Shown here one piece after another: positions 1 through 8,809 of a DNA stretch of 49,995 nucleotides. Location of the stretch: the sequence record NC_105507.1; one strand, written 5' to 3'. Each line of letters opens with the position of its first letter. The stretch's first letter is position 1. Made by a program: the position numbers and the translations under genes. Below the pieces are notes generated by a model. It was not told where the DNA came from. It was given only the letters and a program-made list of their open reading frames with translations, and searched no databases. The stretch is from a phage.

Positions 1-1
1 T

Positions 2-931
2 TTATAGCAGTGATTCGGGCTTGTAGAGTTTTCTTTCTACTCCCTGTTTAAAATTATCGTTAACAGGCATCATTATGTCAAGCCCTCTTTCCTCTGCCGC
101 GATTATCACATCACGATCATCTTTCCGGCAGACTACGCGCATTCTTCTTTCTCCTTTATATCTATGCGCAACCATTTCAAGATTTGAAGGAGTAAAACAG
201 GCCCACACCTCTTGACCAGTTGATAAATGAACATGCTGAGAATCAACCCAATCAAGGCACAAATAGATCGTCTTATCTGTACTACCTGTTTTAACAACAG
301 ATCCGCGCGTGTAGTCGCGAGCTAAAAACCAATCCTTTCCATCCTCATCAATGAAAAGCACGTTACACATTTCATCATCCAGCCCGTCATCATGCACCAG
401 GTGACAAGGTAGCGCGTGAATGTATCGACCATCCTTGACGCCGCAATCATAATGACAATCTTCCGGCGGATATATCCCCTCATAAACGCTTAAAGGTGTG
501 CGATCGAATTTTAATGTTTTTGCCATCACTTTTTCGCAACATTCATGACTTGCCTGTTTCCCGAACGAGTAACCAGAAGAACGCGAAGCGCGTTTGTTTG
601 CTCTGATCCTGTAATCTTGTGGCACTTTTCCGAGGAAGCGGCCCAAAATGTTGATGGCCTCGCTGTAAGGTTCGCCAGTTAATTTCATTAACCAACCGAT
701 CCCCGTGTCGTTGCCGCACACGTTGCAGATCGCGCCGCCGTCGCCCTCTTCATTTAGCTTATCAGTCCATCTAAAACGATCCTTACCGCCGCAGTGTGGG
801 CAAGGTTGATGCTTTTTGTTGAAAACATCGCTATGCAGTCCGCAAATGCTTTGTAGTGCTTCACGCCATAACCCCTTCATATATGGCAAAACATCTTCTT
901 TCTGATAGGTCATAAAGTTTTCAGTATTCAT
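2..931 (-). CDS. DNA primase-like protein (Zn-ribbon plus TOPRIM-like region)
   Basis: CPHCGG...CNVCG zinc-ribbon near N-terminus; start placed at ATG 931 with GAGG RBS (track ORF runs to GTG 1009); stop TAA at 2-4. Confidence 0.6.
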   Translation of the reverse strand: MNTENFMTYQKEDVLPYMKGLWREALQSICGLHSDVFNKKHQPCPHCGGKDRFRWTDKLNEEGDGGAICNVCGNDTGIGWLMKLTGEPYSEAINILGRFLGKVPQDYRIRANKRASRSSGYSFGKQASHECCEKVMAKTLKFDRTPLSVYEGIYPPEDCHYDCGVKDGRYIHALPCHLVHDDGLDDEMCNVLFIDEDGKDWFLARDYTRGSVVKTGSTDKTIYLCLDWVDSQHVHLSTGQEVWACFTPSNLEMVAHRYKGERRMRVVCRKDDRDVIIAAEERGLDIMMPVNDNFKQGVERKLYKPESLL

Positions 932-944
932 GGCAAACCTCAAT

Positions 945-985
945 AAAAAAGCCCAGCAAATATTATCATTTCGCTGGGCCTTATC
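945..985 (-). terminator. rho-independent terminator (minus strand)
   Basis: GCCCAGC/GCTGGGC 7-bp stem followed by T6 on minus strand, directly after stop of 987..1463. Confidence 0.5.
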
Positions 986-986
986 A

Positions 987-1463
987 TTAGCTATTCGTGC
1001 TGTTATCACCTTTGTAGAATCGTCCGCCTGGTTCGTAGTCTGAATTTTTGACTACGCGCAACATATCGTATTTGTCGCAACGGGTAGTAAGAGGCTTACC
1101 GTTAGAATCAAACCGCAGATCTGGACGACAAAATGATGCGCGGTATCCTTTGCATCCATTATATTTGTAGTCGTTATGCACCTTTTGTGCTCCAGCGGCT
1201 GAAATCATACCACGCTTTCGCCACTGGTTAACGACTTGCTGAGATACGCGCAGACGTCGAGCCATAGCAGGAACGCCGCCGTAATACTCGATCAGAATGT
1301 CAAGGCGAGATTTCAGGCTTGCTTTTACCTCATCTCGCAGGATAAGAAATCCGGTTCGGTGTTTTCGTGGTTTTTTGTCTTTACCTCGTCGCGTTCCGTT
1401 GTTACCGTTAATAGTGCGCTTGTCGATCTCACCCGTAGATACTGCAATTCGTGCATCTTTCAT
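987..1463 (-). CDS. HTH DNA-binding protein (Cro/YdaS-like)
   Basis: helix-turn-helix-like segment GVPAMARRLRVSQQVVNQWRKRG; GAGGTG RBS 5 nt upstream of ATG 1463. Confidence 0.55.
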   Translation of the reverse strand: MKDARIAVSTGEIDKRTINGNNGTRRGKDKKPRKHRTGFLILRDEVKASLKSRLDILIEYYGGVPAMARRLRVSQQVVNQWRKRGMISAAGAQKVHNDYKYNGCKGYRASFCRPDLRFDSNGKPLTTRCDKYDMLRVVKNSDYEPGGRFYKGDNSTNS

Positions 1464-1475
1464 CTAGTCACCTCA

Positions 1476-1518
1476 TAGCATTTTTTGTTAAAACAGTTTA
1501 TTGTAATGAGTCTATTAT
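1476..1518 (+). promoter_or_regulatory. TAGCAC-box promoter-like cassette
   Basis: TAGCATTTTTTGTTAAAAC box then TATTAT 22 bp after TTGTTA; upstream of helicase gene. Confidence 0.5.
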
Positions 1519-1550
1519 ATACTCCAAATGGCATTTTTTAAAGGTTTAAG

Positions 1551-3548
1551 ATGATTCCAAATATCGAAAAACAAATATCAGCATTAGGCGAGGCAGTAAT
1601 AAAAAGCATCCAAGAGCGATTCACGGTTGGCAATATAGTGCCTTATCCTTATCAGTGCGTTGCGTATGCAGAGATCGCAAAGCGCATGAAAAACTATGAG
1701 CATCCTTTCTTTGTTAAGGCTTCTGTATCGGCTGGCAAAACATTGATGTTTGCGATGGTTGCGGCGCAATGCCGCAAAATGGGATTGAAAATGATGGTCC
1801 TTGCTCGCCAGGCTGAAATTGTTGATCAGGATTCGGAAGAGATCAGCAATCTTGGCGTGCCAAACTCAATCTATTGCGCCGGACTGAAAACAAAAAGCGC
1901 ATACTTTCCGATCGTAGTCGGTTCTGAGGGCACTGTAGTAAACGGATTGTTTAAGTCGTTAGGTGATTATGTTCCGCACGTTATCGGTATTGATGAATGT
2001 CACCAGGTGGATTGGGAGGATCTCGCGGACGCGATAGAAAATAATGAATCTTACCAGCAGATGACCACTAAGAAGGATTTGCCAGTACTGATTGGAGAAG
2101 AACAGCAATTTGATTCCAATGGCGATCCAATGTTCGGAACAGGGCGCACACAGTACACCGTAATAATCATGGAAATGATGCGCAGGTGTCGCGAGGCATA
2201 CGGGCACGAATTGCGAATATTCGGCATGACTGGATCTGAGTTTCGCGGCGTGGTTCCAATACTGGTTGAAGATAAGAACAAAAAGGGATTCTGGCGTGAG
2301 CAAGTAACTAACATAGACACAAACTACTTAATCAAATTCGGTTCGGTAGTGCCAACAAATTTCGGCGACGTCGGCGACCTGGGGTATGACCTTTCAGAGT
2401 TCGAGGCCAGTAGCGAGGACGGCGTTTCAGACTTTGACGCTAAAACATTGCGCAAGATGGAAGAAAAGATCCATCAAGACGCAACAATGACACAGAAAAT
2501 CATGGCTAAAGTCCATGAGATATGCAAAGACAGGAACGGAGTTTTAGTTACATGCGCAGGGGAAAGGCACTGCAAGGAGGCCGCCGCCGCACTGCCGCCA
2601 GGCGTTGAATACAGGATCATAACTGGCAAGACTGGAGATAATCAGCGTAAAGAGTGGCTGAGGGAGGCATACGAGGGAAAAGTAAAATACATCTTCCAGG
2701 TACAGGCGCTTACCACTGGCGTTAACGTTCCGTTTTGGGATACTTCGGTAATGCTGAGAAAGATAGGATCTCTAACATTGCTTATCCAGCTTTTGGGGCG
2801 CGGCATGCGACTGCTTAAGCAATGGCACATTGAACAGGGATTCAAGAAAAAAGATCATCTTGTATTGGATTTTGCAGGTACTATGGATGAGTTAGGTGAT
2901 TTGTATTTCGATCCAATCCTTGAGCAAGCGCAATTCCAAAAGAGATTTACAAACGGGAAAGAGCCTAAGACTTGTCCGATATGTGGAACGCTAAACAGCT
3001 TTTACGCTCGCCGATGTATGCACGTAGACGATAACGGGAAGCGATGTGAGCATTTTTGGACTTACAGAATTTGCGAGGACCAGGTAGATCCGAGAACGAA
3101 AAAGATAATCAAGCGCGGTTGTGGAACAAAAAACGACGTAGTGGCGAGAGTATGCCGTTGTTGCGATATTTCTCTTGTCGATCCTAACGAGAAGTTAAGC
3201 GGTAAGCACTACACCAAAAACGATTGGTGCAACGTTAAATCTTTCCGCGTTGATATGACGAAAAACCAGAAAGGAATTATTTTTTGCTATGAGCTTGAGG
3301 CCAACGGCGATACGTTCAAGGCATACGAAAGATTTTTCCCTGAGTCAGAAAGCAACATTTGCCGGACGATATGGAGAAAAATAGCATTGCAGCACATACC
3401 GGATCGCAAGATTGCTGGTATGGTGGCGAGCTATAGAAATGCTCGTAAAATAATGTCATACGCTCATCACATCATGCCGCCTGTACGCGTAACGCATCGC
3501 AAAAACGGCAAAGGTGAGGATAACATTGCAAAACGGGAGTTTGTTTAA
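1551..3548 (+). CDS. SF2 DNA helicase with C-terminal Zn-ribbons
   Basis: Walker A SAGKT, DECH box, LLGRGMRL motif VI-like; C-terminal CxxC clusters. Confidence 0.85.
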   Translation: MIPNIEKQISALGEAVIKSIQERFTVGNIVPYPYQCVAYAEIAKRMKNYEHPFFVKASVSAGKTLMFAMVAAQCRKMGLKMMVLARQAEIVDQDSEEISNLGVPNSIYCAGLKTKSAYFPIVVGSEGTVVNGLFKSLGDYVPHVIGIDECHQVDWEDLADAIENNESYQQMTTKKDLPVLIGEEQQFDSNGDPMFGTGRTQYTVIIMEMMRRCREAYGHELRIFGMTGSEFRGVVPILVEDKNKKGFWREQVTNIDTNYLIKFGSVVPTNFGDVGDLGYDLSEFEASSEDGVSDFDAKTLRKMEEKIHQDATMTQKIMAKVHEICKDRNGVLVTCAGERHCKEAAAALPPGVEYRIITGKTGDNQRKEWLREAYEGKVKYIFQVQALTTGVNVPFWDTSVMLRKIGSLTLLIQLLGRGMRLLKQWHIEQGFKKKDHLVLDFAGTMDELGDLYFDPILEQAQFQKRFTNGKEPKTCPICGTLNSFYARRCMHVDDNGKRCEHFWTYRICEDQVDPRTKKIIKRGCGTKNDVVARVCRCCDISLVDPNEKLSGKHYTKNDWCNVKSFRVDMTKNQKGIIFCYELEANGDTFKAYERFFPESESNICRTIWRKIALQHIPDRKIAGMVASYRNARKIMSYAHHIMPPVRVTHRKNGKGEDNIAKREFV

Positions 3549-3967
3549 TGGCTATAACTGATAAAGGAGATTATCTTGAGTTTTACGAAAGAGATCCAAC
3601 CGACACGAGAAAGGAAGTTAATCACCAGATAGATAGCTTTCAGTGGTTGACTTATGCTCATCCTTATTTGCTAGCGTGGCATACGGTAAACGAGAATGAG
3701 AAGTCGAAAGTAACGGCGATGATTGATCAGCAGTCCGGCTTGGTTAAGGGGGTAAGCGATTTCATCATCCTGATTGGTTCAAACGGAAAATACCCCTTTG
3801 CAGCGATTGAGATCAAACGAGTGAATAAATCAGGCAAGGGGAAAGCATCACCAGTCAGCGATGAACAAAAGGCTTTTTTGCGTCGCGTTCGCAGCTTAGG
3901 AGGATTCGCTGCGGTCGCCTACGGATTTAATCAGTTTAAGTTAGCTATTGAATACATGCTTAAATAG
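3548..3967 (+). CDS. VRR-NUC domain nuclease (PD-(D/E)XK)
   Basis: DFIIL...AIEIK...Q pattern typical of VRR-NUC; ATG overlaps helicase stop (TAATG). Confidence 0.65.
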   Translation: MAITDKGDYLEFYERDPTDTRKEVNHQIDSFQWLTYAHPYLLAWHTVNENEKSKVTAMIDQQSGLVKGVSDFIILIGSNGKYPFAAIEIKRVNKSGKGKASPVSDEQKAFLRRVRSLGGFAAVAYGFNQFKLAIEYMLK

Positions 3968-4007
3968 CACTTTTTGTTAAAACTGGCGCGATGGATTGCG
4001 CCATAAT
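3965..4007 (+). promoter_or_regulatory. TAGCAC-box promoter-like cassette
   Basis: exact box TAGCACTTTTTGTTAAAAC, GGCGC/GCGCC hairpin, CATAAT 22 bp after TTGTTA. Confidence 0.55.
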
Positions 4008-4044
4008 TCAATAACACGAGATGGCTTTTAATAGCGGAGAAATG

Positions 4045-4773
4045 AAAATGGCTAAAGATATTTTAGATAAAGACACCCATGACGCATTTGTTAGCTTTGA
4101 GCAGTTGGAGAGAGAAACGTTTATAGGAAATGCTCTTGCAACTGGAGGCCATTACCAGGCAGTAAAGCCAAATCAATATTATAAGGTAAGCGGCAACCGA
4201 TACGCTGGAATCACTACGCCGGACGTTGTGCGCGATATGTGGAGCACACCTCAAGAGATCGTGGAGTGGATGGAATCAGAATTTGGCGAATACGATCTCG
4301 ACGCGGCAGCAAGCCAGGAAAACGCAGTTTGCGAGAAGTTCTATAGCAAGGAAACAAACTGCTTAAAGCGTTGGTGGGGTAGCAACAAGCACGTATGGCT
4401 TAACCCGCCGTACAGCAACCCAACTCCATTTATCAAGAAAGCAATTGAGCAAATGGAGCACAACAACCAAATTGATGTTTTGTTGCCATCCGACAACTCT
4501 ACAGCATGGTTTTATGAGGCGCAGAAAAACGCGGCTGAAATCATCTGGATCACTGGCGAGGTTTACGAAGAGGGGGGAGTGGAATATTCCCGCACCGGAA
4601 GAATCGCCTTTGTGTCTGGATTGACTGGCGAGCCTGTACAGGGCAACAATAAGGGAAGCGTGATTTTTGTCATGCGCAAACTTAAAGAAGGCGAGGAGCA
4701 GAAAACGCGATACGTTAAGATCAGCGATATTTGCCCCTCTGTAACCGAACGCCGCGCGCGCAAACGGAGCTAA
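4045..4773 (+). CDS. dam: DNA N6-adenine methyltransferase (Dam-like)
   Basis: NPPY catalytic motif (WLNPPYSNP); GGAG RBS before ATG 4045 (track ORF starts at ATG 4021). Confidence 0.8.
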   Translation, partial: KMAKDILDKDTHDAFVSFEQLERETFIGNALATGGHYQAVKPNQYYKVSGNRYAGITTPDVVRDMWSTPQEIVEWMESEFGEYDLDAAASQENAVCEKFYSKETNCLKRWWGSNKHVWLNPPYSNPTPFIKKAIEQMEHNNQIDVLLPSDNSTAWFYEAQKNAAEIIWITGEVYEEGGVEYSRTGRIAFVSGLTGEPVQGNNKGSVIFVMRKLKEGEEQKTRYVKISDICPSVTERRARKRS

Positions 4774-4777
4774 CACG

Positions 4778-5035
4778 ATGAAAAAAGAGAGAAGCGTTTA
4801 TTTAAATGAAACTGGCGAGTGGTTGTTATTTCGCGCTATGGTGTGCGATGCACTTGATAAAAACCCTAACGTGAAAAAGATGATTGATTGCGATCCGTGG
4901 GAATTTTCAAGCGCATTAGATATGAGCTTTGATGAGACAAGAAAACTCCCTCTTGAAAAATGGCACGAACAAATCAGAAATGATATGCAAGAGTTTGTAG
5001 ATTCGTGGAATTTTCAGAACGGAATGATCCACTAA
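4778..5035 (+). CDS. hypothetical protein
   Basis: ORF with GGAG RBS, tightly packed after dam. Confidence 0.55.
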   Translation: MKKERSVYLNETGEWLLFRAMVCDALDKNPNVKKMIDCDPWEFSSALDMSFDETRKLPLEKWHEQIRNDMQEFVDSWNFQNGMIH

Positions 5036-5078
5036 TAGCACTTTTTGTTAAAACGCCCGGCATTTTGTCGGGCATAAT
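5036..5078 (+). promoter_or_regulatory. TAGCAC-box promoter-like cassette
   Basis: exact box, hairpin GCCCGGC..GTCGGGC, CATAAT at 22-bp spacing. Confidence 0.55.
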
Positions 5079-5110
5079 TATTTCAACGAAGCAAACATGA
5101 GGAAATAAAA

Positions 5111-5290
5111 ATGGTGGTATTCGATAAACGCGCTTTTAATCTTGCTCAAGAAGTAGCAAAAGGTTCAGTAGAGGGCGGTTCAAAGGAAGGGTTCCAGTTT
5201 GATTGGGGCATCGCAATGTTTTTACTGAAAGTTGCATACGGTCACGCGCCAATTGAACAAGCGGAGGCATATTATAAGCATGAAGGTTGA
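5111..5290 (+). CDS. hypothetical small protein (59 aa)
   Basis: ORF below track cutoff; GAGG RBS 8 nt upstream of ATG; sits downstream of box cassette. Confidence 0.4.
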   Translation: MVVFDKRAFNLAQEVAKGSVEGGSKEGFQFDWGIAMFLLKVAYGHAPIEQAEAYYKHEG

Positions 5291-5522
5291 GCAAGGAAGA
5301 GATGCGGTATGGAATCACGCTAAAGAATGCGGAATTGCAGACGATATAAAGAAGATCGCGCAATACTTTGATATTGCAGATGTGAGCATAATTAGCGGCG
5401 ATAAGATGACTTTCCTCAAGGAAAGGCCGCGAAAAATGGTAAGAGTTCCAGCAGTTCCAACAAAAATTGATTTCAAAGAGGCAATGGCTAAAATCCGAGA
5501 GCCTCGCAAATATTATAAATGA
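5280..5522 (+). CDS. hypothetical protein
   Basis: ORF, GGAGG upstream; start uncertain (track ORF from 5232). Confidence 0.45.
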   Translation: MKVEQGRDAVWNHAKECGIADDIKKIAQYFDIADVSIISGDKMTFLKERPRKMVRVPAVPTKIDFKEAMAKIREPRKYYK

Positions 5523-5616
5523 GGATAGTTATCATGTGGCGCTTGTTTGTTCTACCGTTACCCGTTATCATCGCTGTTACAGTTATGTACCATATAGTGA
5601 TGAGATAGGTAGCAGA

Positions 5617-6732
5617 ATGAAAAATGTAAAAATTACAGATGAGCAATTCAAGATCGAACGGGCGGCAGGCAAGACATATAAACAGATCGCTCAAGAGTAC
5701 GGAATGAATGTGAGAAGCGTCGAGCGTCGCGCGGCGCGTCTTGCAAAGCAAGGACAGTTATCGACCATCGGAGCGCCTGGTTTTGGTGTTCATGGTGAGT
5801 CAGTAATGACTGACAAAGAAGGAAATATAATCCTCAAGTGGACCAAAACCAGCAAGGATAAAGAGCAATTAGAGGCACTGATGCGCGCAGCTATGGAGGC
5901 GTTTAGCGAGGAAGTGCCGCGATTAGATCCAGTTCCATTGCAGGAGCGTAATTATAATGAAACGCTTTCATTGTATCCGATCTTTGACATGCACTTAGGA
6001 GCTATGGCCCATAAGCACGAATGCGGCGAAAATTGGGATACTGCGACGGCAGAGCGCGTTATGAATAACTTTATCGACTATGCTTTGATGTGCGCACCGG
6101 ACAGCGAAAAGGCTGTTATCCTGATTGGTGGCGATATGCTGCATAGCGACGGCCTGGAGGCGGTGACACCTGCAAGCGGTCACGTACTTGATCAAGATAG
6201 CCGATATGCAAAATTGGTTTACGTTGCAATACGTGCAATGCGCCGCGCAATTAATAAAATGCTGTTAAAGCATAAACATGTGGAGGTCCAGATCGTAGAG
6301 GGGAATCACGACCAATCAGGAATGATTTGGCTACGCGCAGCAATGGCGGCAGCATATGAGAACGAGCCGCGCGTTTACGTTGATGTTTCTCCTCGCGTTG
6401 TTCACCACACGCAATACGGAAAAACTTTCCTTGCGTACCATCACGGGCACACAGTGCGTAAACCGGAGACTTTGCTAATGATGTGCGCGTCAGATTGGCG
6501 GGAGGACTTCGGAAACTCAAAAACTATGTATGCGCACGTAGGGCACTGGCATCACCAGACCGTGACGGAAACGTCGCTTGGCATCGTTGAGGTGCATAGC
6601 ACCCTGGCGGCAAAAGACGCATACGCCGCGCGCGGTGGCTGGAGATCTCGACGCCGTGCAGCGGTTATCATTTACGACAAGGAGCATGGGGAAGTTGGGC
6701 GATTTGTTCACTATCCAGAAATGATGAATTGA
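5617..6732 (+). CDS. calcineurin-like metallophosphoesterase with N-terminal HTH-like region
   Basis: motifs DMH, GGDMLHSD, GNHD, HHGH, GHWHH; start at ATG 5617 avoids overlap with upstream gene. Confidence 0.7.
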   Translation: MKNVKITDEQFKIERAAGKTYKQIAQEYGMNVRSVERRAARLAKQGQLSTIGAPGFGVHGESVMTDKEGNIILKWTKTSKDKEQLEALMRAAMEAFSEEVPRLDPVPLQERNYNETLSLYPIFDMHLGAMAHKHECGENWDTATAERVMNNFIDYALMCAPDSEKAVILIGGDMLHSDGLEAVTPASGHVLDQDSRYAKLVYVAIRAMRRAINKMLLKHKHVEVQIVEGNHDQSGMIWLRAAMAAAYENEPRVYVDVSPRVVHHTQYGKTFLAYHHGHTVRKPETLLMMCASDWREDFGNSKTMYAHVGHWHHQTVTETSLGIVEVHSTLAAKDAYAARGGWRSRRRAAVIIYDKEHGEVGRFVHYPEMMN

Positions 6733-6780
6733 TGAATTTTTATTTAAATCAATGACAAATTAAATCAAAAACTTGCAAAG

Positions 6781-6808
6781 GGGCGGCGTTTGTCGCCTCT
6801 TTTTTTTG
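6781..6808 (+). terminator. rho-independent terminator
   Basis: GC hairpin GGCGG..CGCC followed by T8. Confidence 0.55.
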
Positions 6809-6878
6809 TTTAATTTTTTTACCATGTGCGTTTATCATGCGGTCAATATATTGACTTTAATTAATATGGAGAATAAAA

Positions 6879-7094
6879 ATGAAAGATTTTATTAACGCAG
6901 CTACCGCCGGATCTGGCGGTTCATCTATCGCAAGCGCCGCTACAGGGCAGTTAACCATTGCTATTGCCAGTTTTGTTTTAATGGCTGCATTCGGTGCGTG
7001 GGGCGCTTACCTTCGCTGGCGTGATAGTAAAAAATTCCACGAGGCGATCGAAAAAGGTGATATTCAAAAAGCTATTGAGATCAGGGGCAAGTAA
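6879..7094 (+). CDS. putative holin (single TMD)
   Basis: 71-aa protein with one hydrophobic helix and charged C-terminus, immediately upstream of endolysin; GGAG RBS. Confidence 0.55.
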   Translation: MKDFINAATAGSGGSSIASAATGQLTIAIASFVLMAAFGAWGAYLRWRDSKKFHEAIEKGDIQKAIEIRGK

Positions 7095-7585
7095 TGAGCA
7101 TAAAGAACAAGGTAGCGGCTGCGGCCTTTGGCGTTGCGGTTGCCTTGACTTCTCCACTTCTTGAAGAGATCGAAGGGGTAAGATACAAGCCATACAAAGA
7201 TATTGCTGGAGTATGGACGGTTTGCGCAGGAATCACCGGACCAGATGTTATCCTGGGGAAAACGTACACTAAAAAAGAGTGTGATGCTTTGTTGGCTAAA
7301 CATATCCAGGTTGCTAAAAAAGAAGTTGACAAGCAGGTTAAGGTTGACATTCCTGATAGTATGCGTGCAGCAATGTACTCATTCACTTATAATGCAGGTG
7401 TGGGAGCTTTCAGAAATTCAACAATGCTGAAACTCATCAACCAGGGGAAATTAAACGAGGCTTGCGATCAGCTTTATCGTTGGACGTATTACCATAACCC
7501 CAAAACAGGAAAGCGCGAGAAGTCTAAAGGCTTACTTAACAGGCGCAAGGTCGAATACAAATATTGCACGATGGATCTGAAATGA
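7094..7585 (+). CDS. SAR endolysin (GH24 lysozyme, P21 R-like)
   Basis: N-terminal signal-anchor-release helix then [46 protein letters not shown] lysozyme signature. Confidence 0.95.
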   Translation: MSIKNKVAAAAFGVAVALTSPLLEEIEGVRYKPYKDIAGVWTVCAGITGPDVILGKTYTKKECDALLAKHIQVAKKEVDKQVKVDIPDSMRAAMYSFTYNAGVGAFRNSTMLKLINQGKLNEACDQLYRWTYYHNPKTGKREKSKGLLNRRKVEYKYCTMDLK

Positions 7586-7977
7586 TGAAGAAATTTTTAC
7601 TTACACCAATCGCAATGGCGGTGATCTTGTCTGGATGTTCAACCGTTACGCCACTGACCGGATTAATCGGCAGTAAGCCGGAAATCACAGCACAGGCTGG
7701 CGCGGAGAACGTGAAGCAGACAGTTGGCATTACAGCAAAGCAGGACGCCAGCACAAAACAGGAAACCACAATAAAGGAATCTGCGGTTGACAAGGTGGAC
7801 ACGTCCAGCAAGAAGGATTTCACAACATCAACCATTCAGGCCAATACCATCAAGGCAGACAAAATTCAGGTCGTGCAGGGTAATAACGGCAGATGGTACG
7901 ATCCGGTAGTCATATGCGTGGTTGTGTTAATTGTGCTGATTTGTCTTTACTGGAGAGAAAAGAAAAAGGAGGCTTAA
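7582..7977 (+). CDS. unimolecular spanin (T1 gp11-like)
   Basis: lipoprotein signal with lipobox LSGC at N-terminus and C-terminal [19 protein letters not shown]; overlaps endolysin stop. Confidence 0.8.
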   Translation: MMKKFLLTPIAMAVILSGCSTVTPLTGLIGSKPEITAQAGAENVKQTVGITAKQDASTKQETTIKESAVDKVDTSSKKDFTTSTIQANTIKADKIQVVQGNNGRWYDPVVICVVVLIVLICLYWREKKKEA

Positions 7978-7995
7978 TGCCTCCTTTATTTTTAT
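7962..7995. terminator. bidirectional rho-independent terminator
   Basis: AGGAGGC/GCCTCCT stem flanked by A-run and T-run between converging lysis and early-left operons. Confidence 0.6.
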
Positions 7996-8216
7996 GCGTC
8001 GGGCCACATATGAGTTTCGTTTGTTGGCTTGTTCGATTCGTCGTACTGCCTTACTTCAATGCTGCAAGTGTCGCCATACATTTCTGCAATCTTGCGCTCA
8101 TTTTCAACCGCCGATTGCTCACTCCATCCAAAATCCCTGTCGTAAATTGTCGGTATTTCAGCAGAAGATCCGTTGTCATGATTATATACGCGAACTACTA
8201 AAAACTTGCTGGACAT
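7992..8216 (-). CDS. hypothetical protein
   Basis: ORF downstream of minus-oriented box cassette. Confidence 0.5.
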   Translation of the reverse strand: MSSKFLVVRVYNHDNGSSAEIPTIYDRDFGWSEQSAVENERKIAEMYGDTCSIEVRQYDESNKPTNETHMWPDA

Positions 8217-8252
8217 AATTTTACCTTTTGGTTGTTTCGTTTCTATGAAACA

Positions 8253-8295
8253 AATATACCCGACACTAGGCCGGGCGTTTTAACAAAAAATGCTA
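8253..8295 (-). promoter_or_regulatory. TAGCAC-box promoter-like cassette
   Basis: box variant, hairpin arms identical to the 5055-5072 copy, TATATT at 22-bp spacing. Confidence 0.5.
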
Positions 8296-8487
8296 TTCCA
8301 TACGCTTTACCGTAACCAGTAATACACCATCATCATTGCATAAAACATGTTCAGTGGTGCTAAAAGCGCGCATATCTGAATAAAGTAGCGTAAGTAAAGC
8401 ATGAATAAAATCCTCATGTGATATTGAATTTACGGCGCAGTGCTTCAAGATCTTGTCTATTAGCTTTTGCCTGGAACAATTCATCAT
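8293..8487 (-). CDS. hypothetical protein (doubtful)
   Basis: track ORF overlapping 8414..8809 by 74 nt; an alternative ATGA-coupled 36-aa hydrophobic ORF 8307..8417 exists. Confidence 0.25.
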   Translation of the reverse strand: MMNCSRQKLIDKILKHCAVNSISHEDFIHALLTLLYSDMRAFSTTEHVLCNDDGVLLVTVKRME

Positions 8488-8809
8488 CGCCCATCTCCCC
8501 TATTCTAGCAATATCCCTGATCCAGTCGTTGCGCATACCATCCAGGCTATACAATTCGAATCCGAAAGGCCGCTTTGACGATCCTTTGGACCAGTATTTA
8601 CCGCAGACCCCATCTATATAGCCAGCCGTCATCATTCTTGCGCAAAATTCCTTAGATGCAAGGCTGGCGAACATTCGCGGCGTAAGTCCGGCGGCCCGTG
8701 CGAGCCGCTCACATTCTCTATGCTGATAGATAAATTTGGCTATGTGCTGCCTGTTAAACCAGTCGTATGACTCACACCATTTATACAGATCAAGCAAAAA
8801 CATAATCAT
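8414..8809 (-). CDS. hypothetical protein
   Basis: ORF tightly coupled to upstream 526-aa gene. Confidence 0.55.
   Translation of the reverse strand: MIMFLLDLYKWCESYDWFNRQHIAKFIYQHRECERLARAAGLTPRMFASLASKEFCARMMTAGYIDGVCGKYWSKGSSKRPFGFELYSLDGMRNDWIRDIARIGEMGDDELFQAKANRQDLEALRRKFNIT

Noticed and set aside
3965-3983. TAGCAC-N5-GTTA box read as a sigma54 (-24/-12) promoter
   Set aside because: The box has AG and GT where sigma54 promoters need the invariant GG and GC dinucleotides, and no activator-type gene is evident.
7893-8201. Plus-strand ORF of 102 aa after the spanin gene
   Set aside because: Overlaps the terminator and the minus-strand gene 7992..8216 and lies after the lysis-operon terminator; no RBS.
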